Source: Marsupella aquatica (taxonomy: Eukaryota; Plantae; Marchantiophyta). Taken from it: DNA of 64,000 nucleotides. Positions 1 to 12,691 of this stretch are shown in pieces. Numbering within the stretch: position 1 is the stretch's first letter; each line of letters starts with the position of its first letter. Position numbers and translations under genes: made by a program. The notes below the pieces were generated by a model, which was not told where the DNA came from, made no database searches, and saw only the letters and a list, made by a program, of their open reading frames with translations. The stretch spans positions 8,291,251 through 8,355,250 of the forward strand of contig OZ316892.1 in the NCBI GenBank assembly GCA_973895155.1, in the 5' to 3' direction.

Positions 1-114
1 CGAAAGGGACGGCCGTGGACAATCATAAACCTCGGTTGTCCTTCAGAGTCCAGTAAGCAAACTTTGCGGCAAAGTTTGAATTATTTATCAGAAACATTCA
101 CGTTCACTATGCCT

Positions 115-2026
115 CTAACTCAACAACATTGATTCTAAACTCGAGTTTCTGGACTTGCTGCAGGCACGCTGCAGCCAAGACAGATGACAAGGTGAAACCT
201 TTTCCCTCAAAAACCATCCATTCCGCCACTCAAACTCAGAAATGGCCATGTCAAGACTTGGTACTGCATTTTCAATGGCCATGCAATACATGCAAAGTTC
301 CTGAACAACCATACTAATTGATGACTCAGACGATTTACCTTTCATTGCTAAAGGTAGAAGTTCAGTCACTAGGTCGTGTACATCCTTCCTGTGCTTTGTA
401 GCAATCAAGCCCACTGGTAGCCCTCCTAGTGCGGCACTGAGAAGCCAAAATATTGAGCTCCACAGAAGCTTTTCCACAACACTCTCTAAGAAGGATTCGT
501 GACTTGTCACGATGGACGATGGCAAGCCTTCTTTGCGCATTAGATTCACCACCACTGAAGCCCACCTGTGCAGAACTAGAGATTAGTTAAAAGTAATTTG
601 TCGAGCCCCAAAAGCGCTAACTTGAAATACTCCCCACTCAGCTGGCTTTCTATCAAAACCTTGTCTAAAAGCATGCTAGACATTCCTCAAAAACGAATGT
701 GCTTGAACGAGCGTAAGTATAGCGTGGGTGTCAATAATTTCCTCTTGGAGATTGAAAGAGGGTCTACCTGCCCCATGCTAATGAGTCTCTTCCGCCACCG
801 ACAATCCTTACACTTCCATGTGGTAAAGAAGTGTCCTCTGCAGCTGACATATATAAAAGACCTTGGGTGTTATGGTGAAGGTTCCGAGTAGTCAGCCACG
901 GCTGTAGCATTCCGTTTTGAAGAAACACTAAATCAGCCCATCTACTCCTTGGCGTCTGCAGCAAGACATCATCCAGATGACTGCAATGGGTGGCCACAAT
1001 CACTGGCCCTTCTCCTTCAGTAACTCTCTCCCTTCTTCTGACGAGCATTGCTCTGCAATAATCACGGACAAATTTTATAAATCCAAACCAAAAGCACTCG
1101 TTGCCTGATGACCAAATTCGCAGAATTGATCAACGTAGAGTTTGACCGCGACGAAGGTTGTTGAAAGCTTCTACCTCACCCAAAACCATCAAATTATCAG
1201 TATTGCTCCACCTCTTCATTTATTGGTACGAATTCCAAACATTGCAGCTCACAAGTAGGTTCATGAAGAGCATAGAACCAAACCAAGAGGGACACAAAGA
1301 GCATCTCGGAATCTACAAATGCTCTGATGGGAGGATAAGAGAATTGAGTCTTCAGGTGACCTCAAAATGTGCCAAGGGGCAAAGGGGAATCCAGAAGGAA
1401 ACTGTTTCTTTGATATTGCACAGGGATGAGAGAGTTGGTTCGGATTGGATTGGGACCTTCGCAAGCCCAGATAAATATTATTTCTTGTCCCCATTGGGCT
1501 CTTGGATCGTAAAAGTCGTTCATTCCCTCTCTTTTACAAGAAAATTTGCCAAAGGAATCTCTGAGACAAAATTTGAGAGTGGGAGACACATAAACTAATA
1601 AACTCATCCAGCGCGGTATAGGACTGCAAGTTGACTGGTAGCCTAACTCTGCAAGAAGACACAATAAATGCGTTGCAGAAGTTGAAGTTCACTGCGCCAA
1701 ATCTTTGTCTGTGGTGGGTTTGATTCTCTGTGAACATGGTAGACAAACCTGCTTCGATAACGTGCTGGGAACTCTACTTCAGTAAGCAGCTATAATGTGA
1801 ATTACCTGGGGCCAGCCATTTGAAGGAAAGCACGTCCAATTCGACCCCCACCAACGATGACAATGGGCGTTTCTCCGGGGTTCATCGATGCTGCATTGCT
1901 GCTGACGGACCACGCAGGCAACCTCTCCGCCATCGCTCCCTCGTTGCTAAGAATGTCGATCTCAGCTTCTGCTTGTGCTCGAGTCTGAGCTGCAACGTTT
2001 GACACTCTACAGTGTAGGTTGGACAC
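115..2026 (-). CDS. At1g16080-like plant/algal Rossmann-fold (ketopantoate-reductase-like) protein; 3 exons, 5' end uncertain
   Basis: Exons ~2026/1935-1806, 1052-768 and 565-115 join in frame through GT-AG introns (GPR|AMLVRR; AWGR|WASVVV). Motifs IVIVGGGRIG, DLVFLQNGMLQPWL, EKLLWSSIFWLL and SEFEWRNGWF match my recollection of this family. An in-frame stop lies just upstream of 2026, so the true start is unresolved. Confidence 0.75.
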
Positions 2027-4263
2027 TGGTTAAACCCCTAAGGGAGCTGAGGGCTGGGTTCTATGGAGGTGCAGTAAGGAGATAAGGCTTCGCCCCCTCC
2101 CACGCCCTTGGAGGTAGGTTGTGCCTGGGTGCACCTGCCAAGGTTTAGTAACGTTGCCAAATTCTGTAAGCAACCATTGTCGTAACTCGGTTCGAGCACA
2201 AAATTCTTTTCAAGTGGGTTTCACTGGATTGATAAGTTTAATATGTCACTGAATTGGCCTCCATAAAGTGCTTCATATGGAGACTTCGGCGTCTAATCCC
2301 ACGTCCTCACATACTACAACGCCGTGTGCATCGGCCTTGGGTTCGGACATTTCAAAGTCGACCTAAAGACGAGGCACGGAATTGGCTCCTTGCAATACTT
2401 CAGCTCATCCCTAGCAATGTCATTGCCTTCATCATGATATATAGGTGTCGGTATGAGTAGCAGTTTATTCGTATCGGCTTGTGGCATTCCCTCTTAAGCA
2501 CACCGGTCGGTTGCACGCCTAGTCATGGTATTAGCCGAGCCGACTCCTTGGCTTTGGCTCTATGTGATAGGTGTCATCATTGGTCTCGTCGGTGTGTTTT
2601 CGCTCGTGGTACAAACGTTGGAGATTCAAGGTGGGCAGGATGTAACTTACACCTCTTGGATCCGTGCTGGGCCAGGTAAACCGTGGTCGATCTACTTTGA
2701 ATCCGAGAGGTTGCCGCTGTTTCTACTTTGAAGGCAAGAAATTCACTCAAGCTTTATGGACTAAATTGCAGAGGTTGCCAACAAGCCGACTGTTGCCCAT
2801 AGACAACTTGTAAATTACTCACAAATGATGAGCGTCCGCCATGTTTGTACAGTAGAACCTTTGTCATCCAATAGACTTTCATAATCACCGAGACGATTAA
2901 TTGTGATAGATTCCATTCAAATTTACTAGCATAACTTGCAATCTCGGAAAATAGTTTCACCAAGCCCGACATTATCGATCGAAACTGAATACTCGCCCTT
3001 CAGTAGGTAAGTACGAAGCTACTTTTTTTTAATGTCTAGCTCCTCACTTCTGTAGTCAATCTACTGAGAGTAAATCTACTACAGCTCTTCAGAAAAAGTT
3101 TCCACCAGAAGCCGCTTGTAAAGTTTCGCACCAAGTTTTTCTATAGCCTAGAGTTTCCCCAACAGGAAGCAACCTACTATTTTAGGACACCTGACACTTT
3201 TCCATTTAGATTCTACACACAAAGCTGTGGATTGGAGTCGAGAGACCGAAGACCAATACACCTTACAAACACCTTCATCAGCTCTGGACTCTCACAAATG
3301 TCTACAAATCGAACAATGTTTTTCGCGACTGTTGAACAGATAGCGTTATCTAATCCATGCAGCTACCCGAGTGTCTGAAGACGGCAAACATCTGAGTCAC
3401 GCGAGAAGAGCCTTCGAAATGGAGCTCAGCCCGAATTAAAAAACACAGATTTTGCACAAAACTGTCAAGCCTCTCGAAGTATCAGACCCGCCGACCTGGT
3501 GTCAAAGGGCTTCGCGCGTTATCCAGTCTTGCATCTTGAGAAAATGCTGAAGTGGGTAAGGGAACCTGTTCAGGGCACTGCAATATATCGTTTGGCACTT
3601 CCGTCATGATAGAATCAGTTCAAGTTCAACATGACCGTCATAAACCCCTTCATGTTCGCGAATTGAACAGCCATGGAGTGAGCCGAAACGCCACTAAACT
3701 GATCCATGTTCTCGACAATTAGCATGAGATATCACAACAGCCCGTACAGCAGTAGACCCCACAAATTCATACAGAGGTCAGTCTAGAGTCCACTTTTTCC
3801 TCTCCTAAGCTGAAGTAAAACATTGGTAGGGTAAATTATTTTCAGTACCCTTCAATCGTATCTTTGATATTTTCCTGACTCTACTGCTCGATGGACCTGA
3901 CTTTTGAAATCAATCCTAATTTCTGTGTCAAAAGGGACTACTGTGCCCTGGTAGCACAGGAAGAAAATATATGTGCAACATATCTTAACGACCCAGTACT
4001 TCGCACCACCCAATTACCATTTTGGAAACTTGACTCTGATTACTGGCCAATAAAGGCAGAATGATCGTCTTCCACAGAATCTTCAAGTGCCCGAAAACAA
4101 GGGTTTGATGTCCAACCAGGACGGTATCTGCATGACACTACACTATTTGAGCCCCTCCAAAAAAATGGTTAAGCGTCCTCGAAAGCTGTTGATGAATGGT
4201 TATTGGGATCCTCTGGAAACAGCTTATATCCAGTACCAAAAATGCTCGGACCTTGAATTGCCA

Positions 4264-6119
4264 TTATTCAGCAGAAGAAGAAGATTCCGGACTAGGGGGT
4301 GTGGGTGAAGCAACAGGGGTAGAAGGAGCTGGCAATCGTCCACTTCCATCAACTTTAGACAAAAACTTCAATGGTGGCCGAGCAGGTTGAGGTAATAGAC
4401 GACCCTTTCTGGAAAACCAATCTGGATCAAGTAGCGCACGCAAGCCTAGCTGGTTGTAGTGCACCCTTCTGACACTTCCTCCAGCAGCCTCAATTGCAAC
4501 CTTTGCTCGTTCTGAGACTCTACTCACCTGCATAAGGATCAACGAGAGGTCAGCAATGCATTTATCAAGGCAACTTCGTAAACAAACATCAGATTCTGTG
4601 CTTAGAGCGATCCATTCTAAGCTGAAGTACAGAGGATAAGAACCAGGTACTTTTATGCAGGAAATATTCAAAGCATGTAGTTGATTAATTCTTTGTCACA
4701 CTCGTGATTAATCCCCCACCATACAATTCCTGGGTTAAAAAACTTAATCTACCAAAAACTAGGTTGCACGAAAGGACCACTCTTTTCTTCTCTCGTACAG
4801 AGATTCACTGACGCGACATGAGTAGGGTCAGAAACTCTTGTGGCCATCGACACCAACCTCTATGTGAATGGGAAGAGAAAACTCTTCTGCCCCTCGTCCT
4901 AGCAGCTTCATTCCATCCCTCATTTTCTTCCCAACTGCCCCTGCATCCTGCCAAGATGAGCCATTCCATATTTAGATATTAAAACGTGCCACGATAATTT
5001 ACTCCGAGAGGAACATGGTGATAAATATGTGACATAAACCAAAAGACTACCATTGCAGAGATAAACTGGAGCGGTGATGTACATCTGAATTAAAAAATAC
5101 GGCTTTCCAATTACACTGCAATGTGGTGATCTATTGTGACCGCTCATACGTGAAGAAGTCCAGCCCATTATGCGAATTTCCGGTTATTCAGTTAGCTTCT
5201 TTAAACCTATGACTCATTCATCAAACAAGTACACACCTTGAGAGTCTTCATGGTTATCAGCTGAGAAGTATCTATACGGCCTTTACTTACAAGTTCTGCA
5301 ATAGTGTTCAAATTTACAGGCTACATTGCCACAATGTCAAACGTCAGATGTCGGATCGTCGAAACTGCAGCAAACTCAACGTAACCGACAACAATGCCTG
5401 AAATGTCTTTTGACAGAGCAGCGTCCTGAGCATAGTTTAGAAAGCAATTGCAGTAAAAGTAATCCTGAGCCTACTTCATAAACCTTGCGTGTGGGAGCTT
5501 GAGATTTGTCTCTTCCCTAATAAATAGCAAAGAACACCTTGAAAGATCTAACAGGATGCAGACAGAAATGACACACAGGCATGAATTCAACAGGCCATGA
5601 GACACATGATAAGTTTTAAACGTCGAAGATGGCATAAAAGCTGTATAGCAAACTATCCACTAATTTGGGCAGTGATGGAGAGACGAGAACAACGAAAAGG
5701 CTCAATCCACAAACCTGATAAGCCAAACCAAGAGTATTCGTAAAGCCACGCTTGGGTATTCTCAACCGCAGGGGCGTTTGCCCGCCCTCAAATCCAAGCC
5801 TGGGCTTGTGTCCACTCCGAGCTGTCTGCCCTTTGTGTCCTTTCCCCGACGTCTTCCCCTTCCCAGACCCAATTCCCCGCCCGATCCTGGTCCTCTCCTT
5901 TCTAGAACCCTTATTGTCACTAATCGCATTCAGCGGCAACAACCCGTCGTTCACATTTCCAGCCGGCCCTTGTCCTCCCAAAACCCTCACTTCCCCAACC
6001 TTCAAAGCCCTGCTCCCCGCAAACCCAGCCTCCTTTATCAACCTCCACGCCCTGTGCACAACCTCAACCGGTCTTCCATCCCCTCCATTCAACGCATTCC
6101 GCCACCACACCCCTCTCAT
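4264..6119 (-). CDS. RPL15: Organellar (likely mitochondrial) large-subunit ribosomal protein uL15; 4 exons
   Basis: Exons 6119-5715, 5320-5237, 4947-4858 and 4527-4264, all phase-0 GT-AG. Contains [57 protein letters not shown] and [12 protein letters not shown], with an Arg-rich N-terminal presequence. Confidence 0.95.
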
Positions 6120-8687
6120 TCTCTTCCGCCTCTCCAAACCCTCGCAACTCCTCTGTCCACCAAAATCGCTCTAGCTCGCTTACACCAGCCGTCCTCCCAT
6201 CCACAATTTGCTTTCGATAGGCAATCGTTTCCCTAATGAATCATGCGCCATACGTCGGGATCAATCATCAATCACTTCGCCAACGACTCGAGCGCAAAAC
6301 GTCGGGATCTACGATAAACTTCTGACCATAACAGTCCTACAAAGATTGAATTTCAGGACAGTAGGGGACGAGGCTCCTCGATCCTCATCAAGCAGATGCC
6401 GGACGTGCGAAAATGATACGAAGGGCAGGGCGGGCTGTAAATTTCAAGAGACAGGCTGACGGTCCCGAAGCTGATTACCAGAGTATTAGAGAAGAACAAA
6501 AGCAGTCTGAGTAGACAGCTGTCTGGAGACTTCAGAATATGGTGTTAACAACAATGTTTGAGCATACATTTGCGGACTGTGGTTTTCAGTGACTACGGTA
6601 GTGATGAGGAGTAAACAAAAGTTTGGAAAATAAAGTTTTGCAATTCTTGGTGAGTACCGTCTTTCCCCTACCATAAAGTCATGGTCTGGTCTTGTATTTG
6701 ACTAGAGGGCCATGTGGCACTCTATTCACATCAGAGCGGCAGTGCATTCAAGTTTTGACTCAGTGTTTTCATTTTATGAGTTTTGACCGTGTTTTTCGTT
6801 TTCGGTACTTGTTGTGGGGTTGTATTCGAGTTTTGATTAAGTGTTTTCATTTTTTGTACTTGAAAGGCGCTGTGTTAAAAAATTGGCTTGTGTTCTAATG
6901 CAAGCCTTGTGTTTAAATATTGATATTGTCATATGATTCTTGAAATTTCTAGTGTTTGTGCTCAGTGTAGAACACTTTAGGGTCAAACTTAAACGCAATG
7001 TCCAACTCAAACACAATGTCAACTCAAACTGTCATGGGACCCCAAAATTTCCATTTTTGAACACAATTCCATGGCGCTGTGTACGGGGAAAAAGGATGAG
7101 GAGAAAGAAAATGAAAAGAAAGTTTTCCATGCTAGTACTGTTCATCTTTGCCCCATCCTCATTGCCCCATCCCTATTTTTGTTTGTACCCTCACTTTCAG
7201 TTACTGCCCCAGTTATAGTCATGGTCTAGAAGCTTTGCTCTAGACAGTAGAGCCCAAGGAGTAGCTTTTGATTGCACTTTGTTTGTTAGATGTGAGGTTG
7301 GCTGTGGCAATGCTGGGAGGCGACATGGTTTTACTGTCATATGTAGGTGTGAAGGAGCATCTTAGTGTAACTTGTTAATTTCAAAAGTGAGAGAGAATGA
7401 GTTTGTACATTGATAGTAAAGTCCTGATAATTTTAAAGACCTAGGGTTCATCCATGCCAGAGAATGATTTTGTGAATAGTAAAGCTTTTATGTTTAGGGT
7501 TACAATTGTATGCCACTATGCCCTGGTAAACCTTAATACACTTAAAGACCTAGTATATTCTTATTTTTTTCATAGTAAGAGCAACCAAGAAGTTTGATAA
7601 CTACAGTACCTGATCCAAATCTTGACTGTGCTTTCTCTAGAGTTGCCCTGAAAATTATGAAGAGATAAATCATGAAAACTTGCATTAAAATAATTCGAGT
7701 GCAGTTGTGTTTGCAGGGCATTGTGGATTACAATGCCCCCCAAACAGAGCTTGAGTATTAAGGGGCTATTATCACTCATAATGCTCTATTAACAGGACCT
7801 CAATACACTTGAAAATCCTAAGAGGTCTTTATTGTTACTAATTATAGTAAAGCCAGAAAAGAAGTTCCATAATAAGTGAATCCAAATATTGACAGTGCAT
7901 TCTTCTCCAAAAGTGTCGTGAAAAATACAAAGCAAAAAAATCATGAAGGTCACTAACTGTAGAGTAAAGCATTCCCACCTGTTGTAGGGAACTCGATCTG
8001 GGCTTGGGAGGCTTTGGAGGGAGAAAATGAATTCTTATCCTCACCAGCCCACAGTAAAATTAAAAACAACCAGACCCTCAGATTTTGACGAGTTGAAGCT
8101 CTTTCTAGCATTGCCCATCCATTCTCTATATTCTCCCTGGATAACAGTGATTCACTAATCTCAGTGATATTGATGGCCATCATTAAATGCACTAAAATTC
8201 ACAGCAGTGTGGTTGTCTATAGACGACGCAATATTGTTTTGGGAATGAGTGTTCTCTGGGTGCAGACCGCCACTCATAACAATGGGCGCTTTACACCTTC
8301 CTGTTGACCTTGATACAGGGTTGCAAAACTAGGTTGCAAAACTAGGTTGCAAACAGCGCAAACCATGTGTGGATGATGTAATTCATCCACTCATGGGGGT
8401 TATGGGTGGTCAGTTTGAGATGGTAACACAGGATGTTTGATAGAATGGAAAAGCTATCCTTGGTGGAGCTACAGCCCTGATCAGTGCCATGAACATAGAA
8501 AAGTAAATTAGGGAATTTCAAGCAAGCCCATAAACCTTCAATGAAGATCCACAAGAAGATCCACAAGAAGGGTTTATATTTTCAATGATCGATCATAGAT
8601 TGTGGGGTTGACTGGAGGTGACATGGTTTTATTGTGAAAAATTTTGAAGCTACTTCCAGGATGAAATGCTTACTCTACACTTAGCTC

Positions 8688-8840
8688 CCAATTTTACATG
8701 TCAACTGAATCATACTCGAAATACGGGATTAGAATACAGAAATTATCTACTGTACAAGCATACCCTAGGAACTGGGACCAAGGAGAAGGTGGGAATTGAA
8801 CCTTCACTTACATTGAAGATGTCTTACAAGGGCTTACATA
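8688..8840. repeat. Isolated copy of the ~155 bp unit of the 11.4-12.1 kb tandem array
   Basis: Shares ctactgtacaagcataccctaggaactgggaccaaggagaaggtgggaattgaaccttcacttacattgaagatgtcttacaagggcttacat with 11444-11536. Confidence 0.9.
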
Positions 8841-11392
8841 CCAGGCCCGTGACCGAAGGGGTCCGTCACAAAGGCTGAACTATTACACGGCTACTAGGTG
8901 TGTTAAACCACAACTCAGGGTGTAAGATGGCCACCAACCCTGCCCAAGCCATAATCACCCTGCCCTTGCTAAGCTAATTTTCCTGGTCCCCGTGGTTTGC
9001 AGGGCCTGCCTGAGGCCTTGCAAGGCCCATTGCCTTTGCCCTAGCTGCAGGTCACAGCCTCCCTCAATTCCCACACCCTCCCTCCCAATCAAAGTAGCTT
9101 GGCAGTTGCTGCTCGCCTCCTCAAACCTTGTGGGTATCTCTTGGTGGTTGTGTTATTTTGCGGATGAAAACCATGTTTCAAACATGATTGACTACATATT
9201 TCAATTATTCTTGAAAAACCAAGAGTTATCTAGAATTGATTGAGTTCAAGAGAGTGTTACATTATGGAAAAGAATCCCTTTGTCTTCAACAACTTGTTTG
9301 CGGTTCACTTGACTCTGGGGCCAAATTGATTGATTAGGGAGTGACGCCGAGTGAACTCACATCTGATAAAACTTGAAGCTTCCACCCCACTTTATTGTAT
9401 TTTGTGACCTTAATATTTGTTTCACAACCATGCAAACAATTAGCAGATAAGGATGTATGCATGGATTATATTCTTGAAGGTACTATGTACCCAAACTGTT
9501 GTAGCTTGTCTATGCAAAAATATATGGTTTTAAAAGTCATAAGATTTTGGCAACTCTACTATAAGAGAATGAAGATGAACACAATTAATGCCCCAAATAG
9601 GTTATTAATATTAATATTATTTTATTGTACAATTAATATCCGGAAGTTAGAAGCTCCATTTTGAGCGACAGCCCTATCAGGTCCCACTTGGTAATTTTGA
9701 CCAGCATAATATAACTCTGGGCACGAATCAAATGATGTAGACATGGACTTTTGGGTCTTCTCTCATGAACTTTTTGGATGGCTTTGCATCCCATTGTTGA
9801 GTTCATTTGTGCAAAAACAGATAAACGTCAAAAGAAGTGGAATTTGTTGTGGATGAGTCTTGCCAAGAAAAACAATACAAAGTACTTTGCGGAGACAATA
9901 ACTTGCTGAGAAAAACTTTTGAAGACATTTTTAGGTGCCCATCACAAAAACTGAACATAGTTCAGCCCAATTACCTAATTAGGTCCTGATTAATATCACA
10001 CCTAACCTAAGTAAAAGTACACCCAACCCATTCTCCTATAATAACTCAAACAAAAATCTAGATTTGTGCTTATAAATGCATGAGAAGTTTAGACAAAGAA
10101 AATAAGAATATATTTTTCTGTTTTGATTTTCATTTCATATTTGTTACTTTATTAAGAACTCCCTCAAATAGTGTTAAGCCCCTCTTGCAAGAAAAAGGAT
10201 AAAAGCAAAGACAATTTTGAACAAAGATTAATAAAAATAAAAACTCTCCCTTTTTGTCTAACTTTTATATTCCTCCCCTTAAAATACACTTAAACCTCCA
10301 TCCCACCCACCCTAAAAGATTGAAAATAACTGATTCAAAGAATATAATATCTCAACAATTAGAAAAACATTTCCTTTACCCTTTTTTTTATCCCTCCCCT
10401 TAAGGTAACCTTCTCCATCCCCACCAAAGAATAAAAATGTCTCTTTTTTGTCTTTTTATTCCTCCCCTCCTTTAAGATATATACCCTTAATCCTCTATAG
10501 TCCACCCTCAAACAAAGAAAATAATCTAAAAGCAATCATTTATGAGTTCGATGTCCATCATTTCTCTTAAAAAAGACCATCCATGTGTTCCATGTCCATC
10601 CTTTCTCATAAACAGCCAGATGAAGAAGAAATAGAAACACAAAAAGTCCCCTCCTTTTTCTTCCTCCCCTCTTACTTAGCCCCTTGGAACCAGCAGGTAC
10701 TCTTCAGGTGAAGAATACATTTTTTTAATTTGTTAACAATTATTCCTCCCCTCCTCCTTTTGATCCCTCCTCTCTTATTAGCCCAAAGAGTCGCCCCTCT
10801 TATTCAGCCCCTTGGAAAGAGTGTCCCAGGTCACCCATTTCATTTAAAGGAAAAAGAAACGAAAAAACAAAAAACAAACACATTAAAAATTACAGAGAAT
10901 AAAGTAAATTATCCACTTCCCTTTTATATCCATCCCTTTCATTTACCTTGAGTGTTTCCAAAGATTAAAAGAAAATATAAATTCTCAGTATGATTTTTTC
11001 CAAAGAAAAATTCACCCTTGTTCAAAGATGCTGTACATAAGTAGGTAACCCTTTTCCCAATGAAGAAAAAAAAGGATTCAATAGCAATAAACATTCTCTA
11101 GAAAGAAACAAAACATTAAATGCTCTCTCTCATCTCCTTTTGTCTCATGCTGTAGTATATGTACACATGTACAATATTATGGGGAAAATACTTTATTCTC
11201 TTCAATGATAAAGTCATCATGCCAAGAAATGAGGCTTAGTTACAAAAGACGAAGTATAGTAGACCAATGTATTGGAACGAAAATATTGGAACCAAAGTAT
11301 TGAGAACCAAATATTGGAACCAAACCAAATTATTTTGGGGCCATTTTTGGGCCCCCATCACATCTACTAAACTAAAGTTCAGCCAATAACTA

Positions 11393-12140
11393 CCAGTTTA
11401 AGTGCATCTTACTCAAAATACTGGAGTAGAATGCAAGAATAATCTACTGTACAAGCATACCCTAGGAACTGGGACCAAGGAGAAGGTGGGAATTGAACCT
11501 TCACTTACATTGAAGATGTCTTACAAGGGCTTACATGTAACTACCAGTTTTACATGTCAACTGCATCTTACTCGAAATACAGGAGTAGAATGCAGAAATA
11601 ATATACTGTAAAAGCATACCATAGGAACTAGGACCATGGAGAAGGTGTGAATTGAACCTTCATTTACATTGAAGATGTCTTACAAGGGCTTACATTTAAC
11701 CACCAGGTTTCCAAGTCAATTGCATCCTACTCGAAATACTGGAGTAGAATAAAGAAAAAATCTACTGTACAAGCTACCCTAGGAACTGGGACCAAGGAGA
11801 AGGTGGGAAGTGAACCTTCACTTACATTGAAGATGTCTTACAAGGGCTTACATTTAACCACCAGTTTTACATATCAATTACATGTCAATTGCATCCTACT
11901 CAAAATACGGGGAGTAGAATAAAGAAAAAATCTACTGAAAAGTCTACTGCAAAAATCTACTGTACAAGCCACCCTAGGAACTGGGACCACGGAGAAGGTG
12001 GGAATTGAACCTTCACTTACATTGAAGATGTCTTACATTGAAGATGTCCAGTTTTACATGTCAATTGCATCCTACTCAAAATCCGGGAGTAGAATACATA
12101 ACTACTCTAGTGTACAAAGCATACCCTAGGAACAGGGAAC
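11393..12140. repeat. Tandem array of ~4.5 units of a ~150-190 bp repeat
   Basis: Units start near 11393, 11544, 11703, 11860 and 12048 (ccagtttt...gcatc(t/c)tactc...ggagtagaat...ggagaaggtg.gaa.tgaaccttca.ttacattgaagatgtcttaca). Confidence 0.92.
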
Positions 12141-12691
12141 GAGGAAATGCTGACCCGACGAAAGACCGACAGGATTCTCGAGCTGCATATTCCTCTCCTC
12201 ATAAACCACCTCCTCCTAAATGTTCTCATTATTGTTCGTCTAGTCGAGGCTAGACGGGTTTTTTCTCGAGTCCGAGGGGGAAGATCAGCAGACGTGAAGC
12301 TTTTGCCAGGCTTTGATTATTTTGTGTTTCGCAGCTTTCGGCGAGGAGCTGACCGAAGCAGAGGAGACGGGAGAGGAGGAGAAGGAAGATCGACTTTTGT
12401 TCGATTTCTTGCTCGGTAGCGTCACCTTTCGACAACCTGTAGCTGCGGCTCCGATCTTCGTCCCGACGTATTTGTTTTAGGGTGGAAGGAGGCCTGGGGA
12501 AATAGAGTTAGGAGATTCATTTGGAGCGAGGGGCGGTGAGATCGGTTCTTTGATTTCAGGGGTGAGGAGGAGAGGAAGGGAGGACGCAGGAGGGGACTTT
12601 ACGAGCCAGGCATTGACGGTGACGGAATTGATTTCTTTGGCGCTGAAGGAATGTGGATGGGGAGGAGCAACTGTTAGGGCCATTTTATTTT

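Noticed and set aside
2340-2731. Hydrophobic ORF pieces suggesting a small membrane-protein gene
   Set aside because: Could not assemble a consistent spliced frame or recognise a family; possibly a decayed fragment.
5752-6236. Plus-strand ORFs of 140-152 aa
   Set aside because: Antisense shadows of RPL15 exon 1.
11393-12140. CRISPR-like array or real tRNA genes
   Set aside because: Whole units are repeated with no unique spacers, the context is eukaryotic with no cas genes, and no complete cloverleaf is evident.
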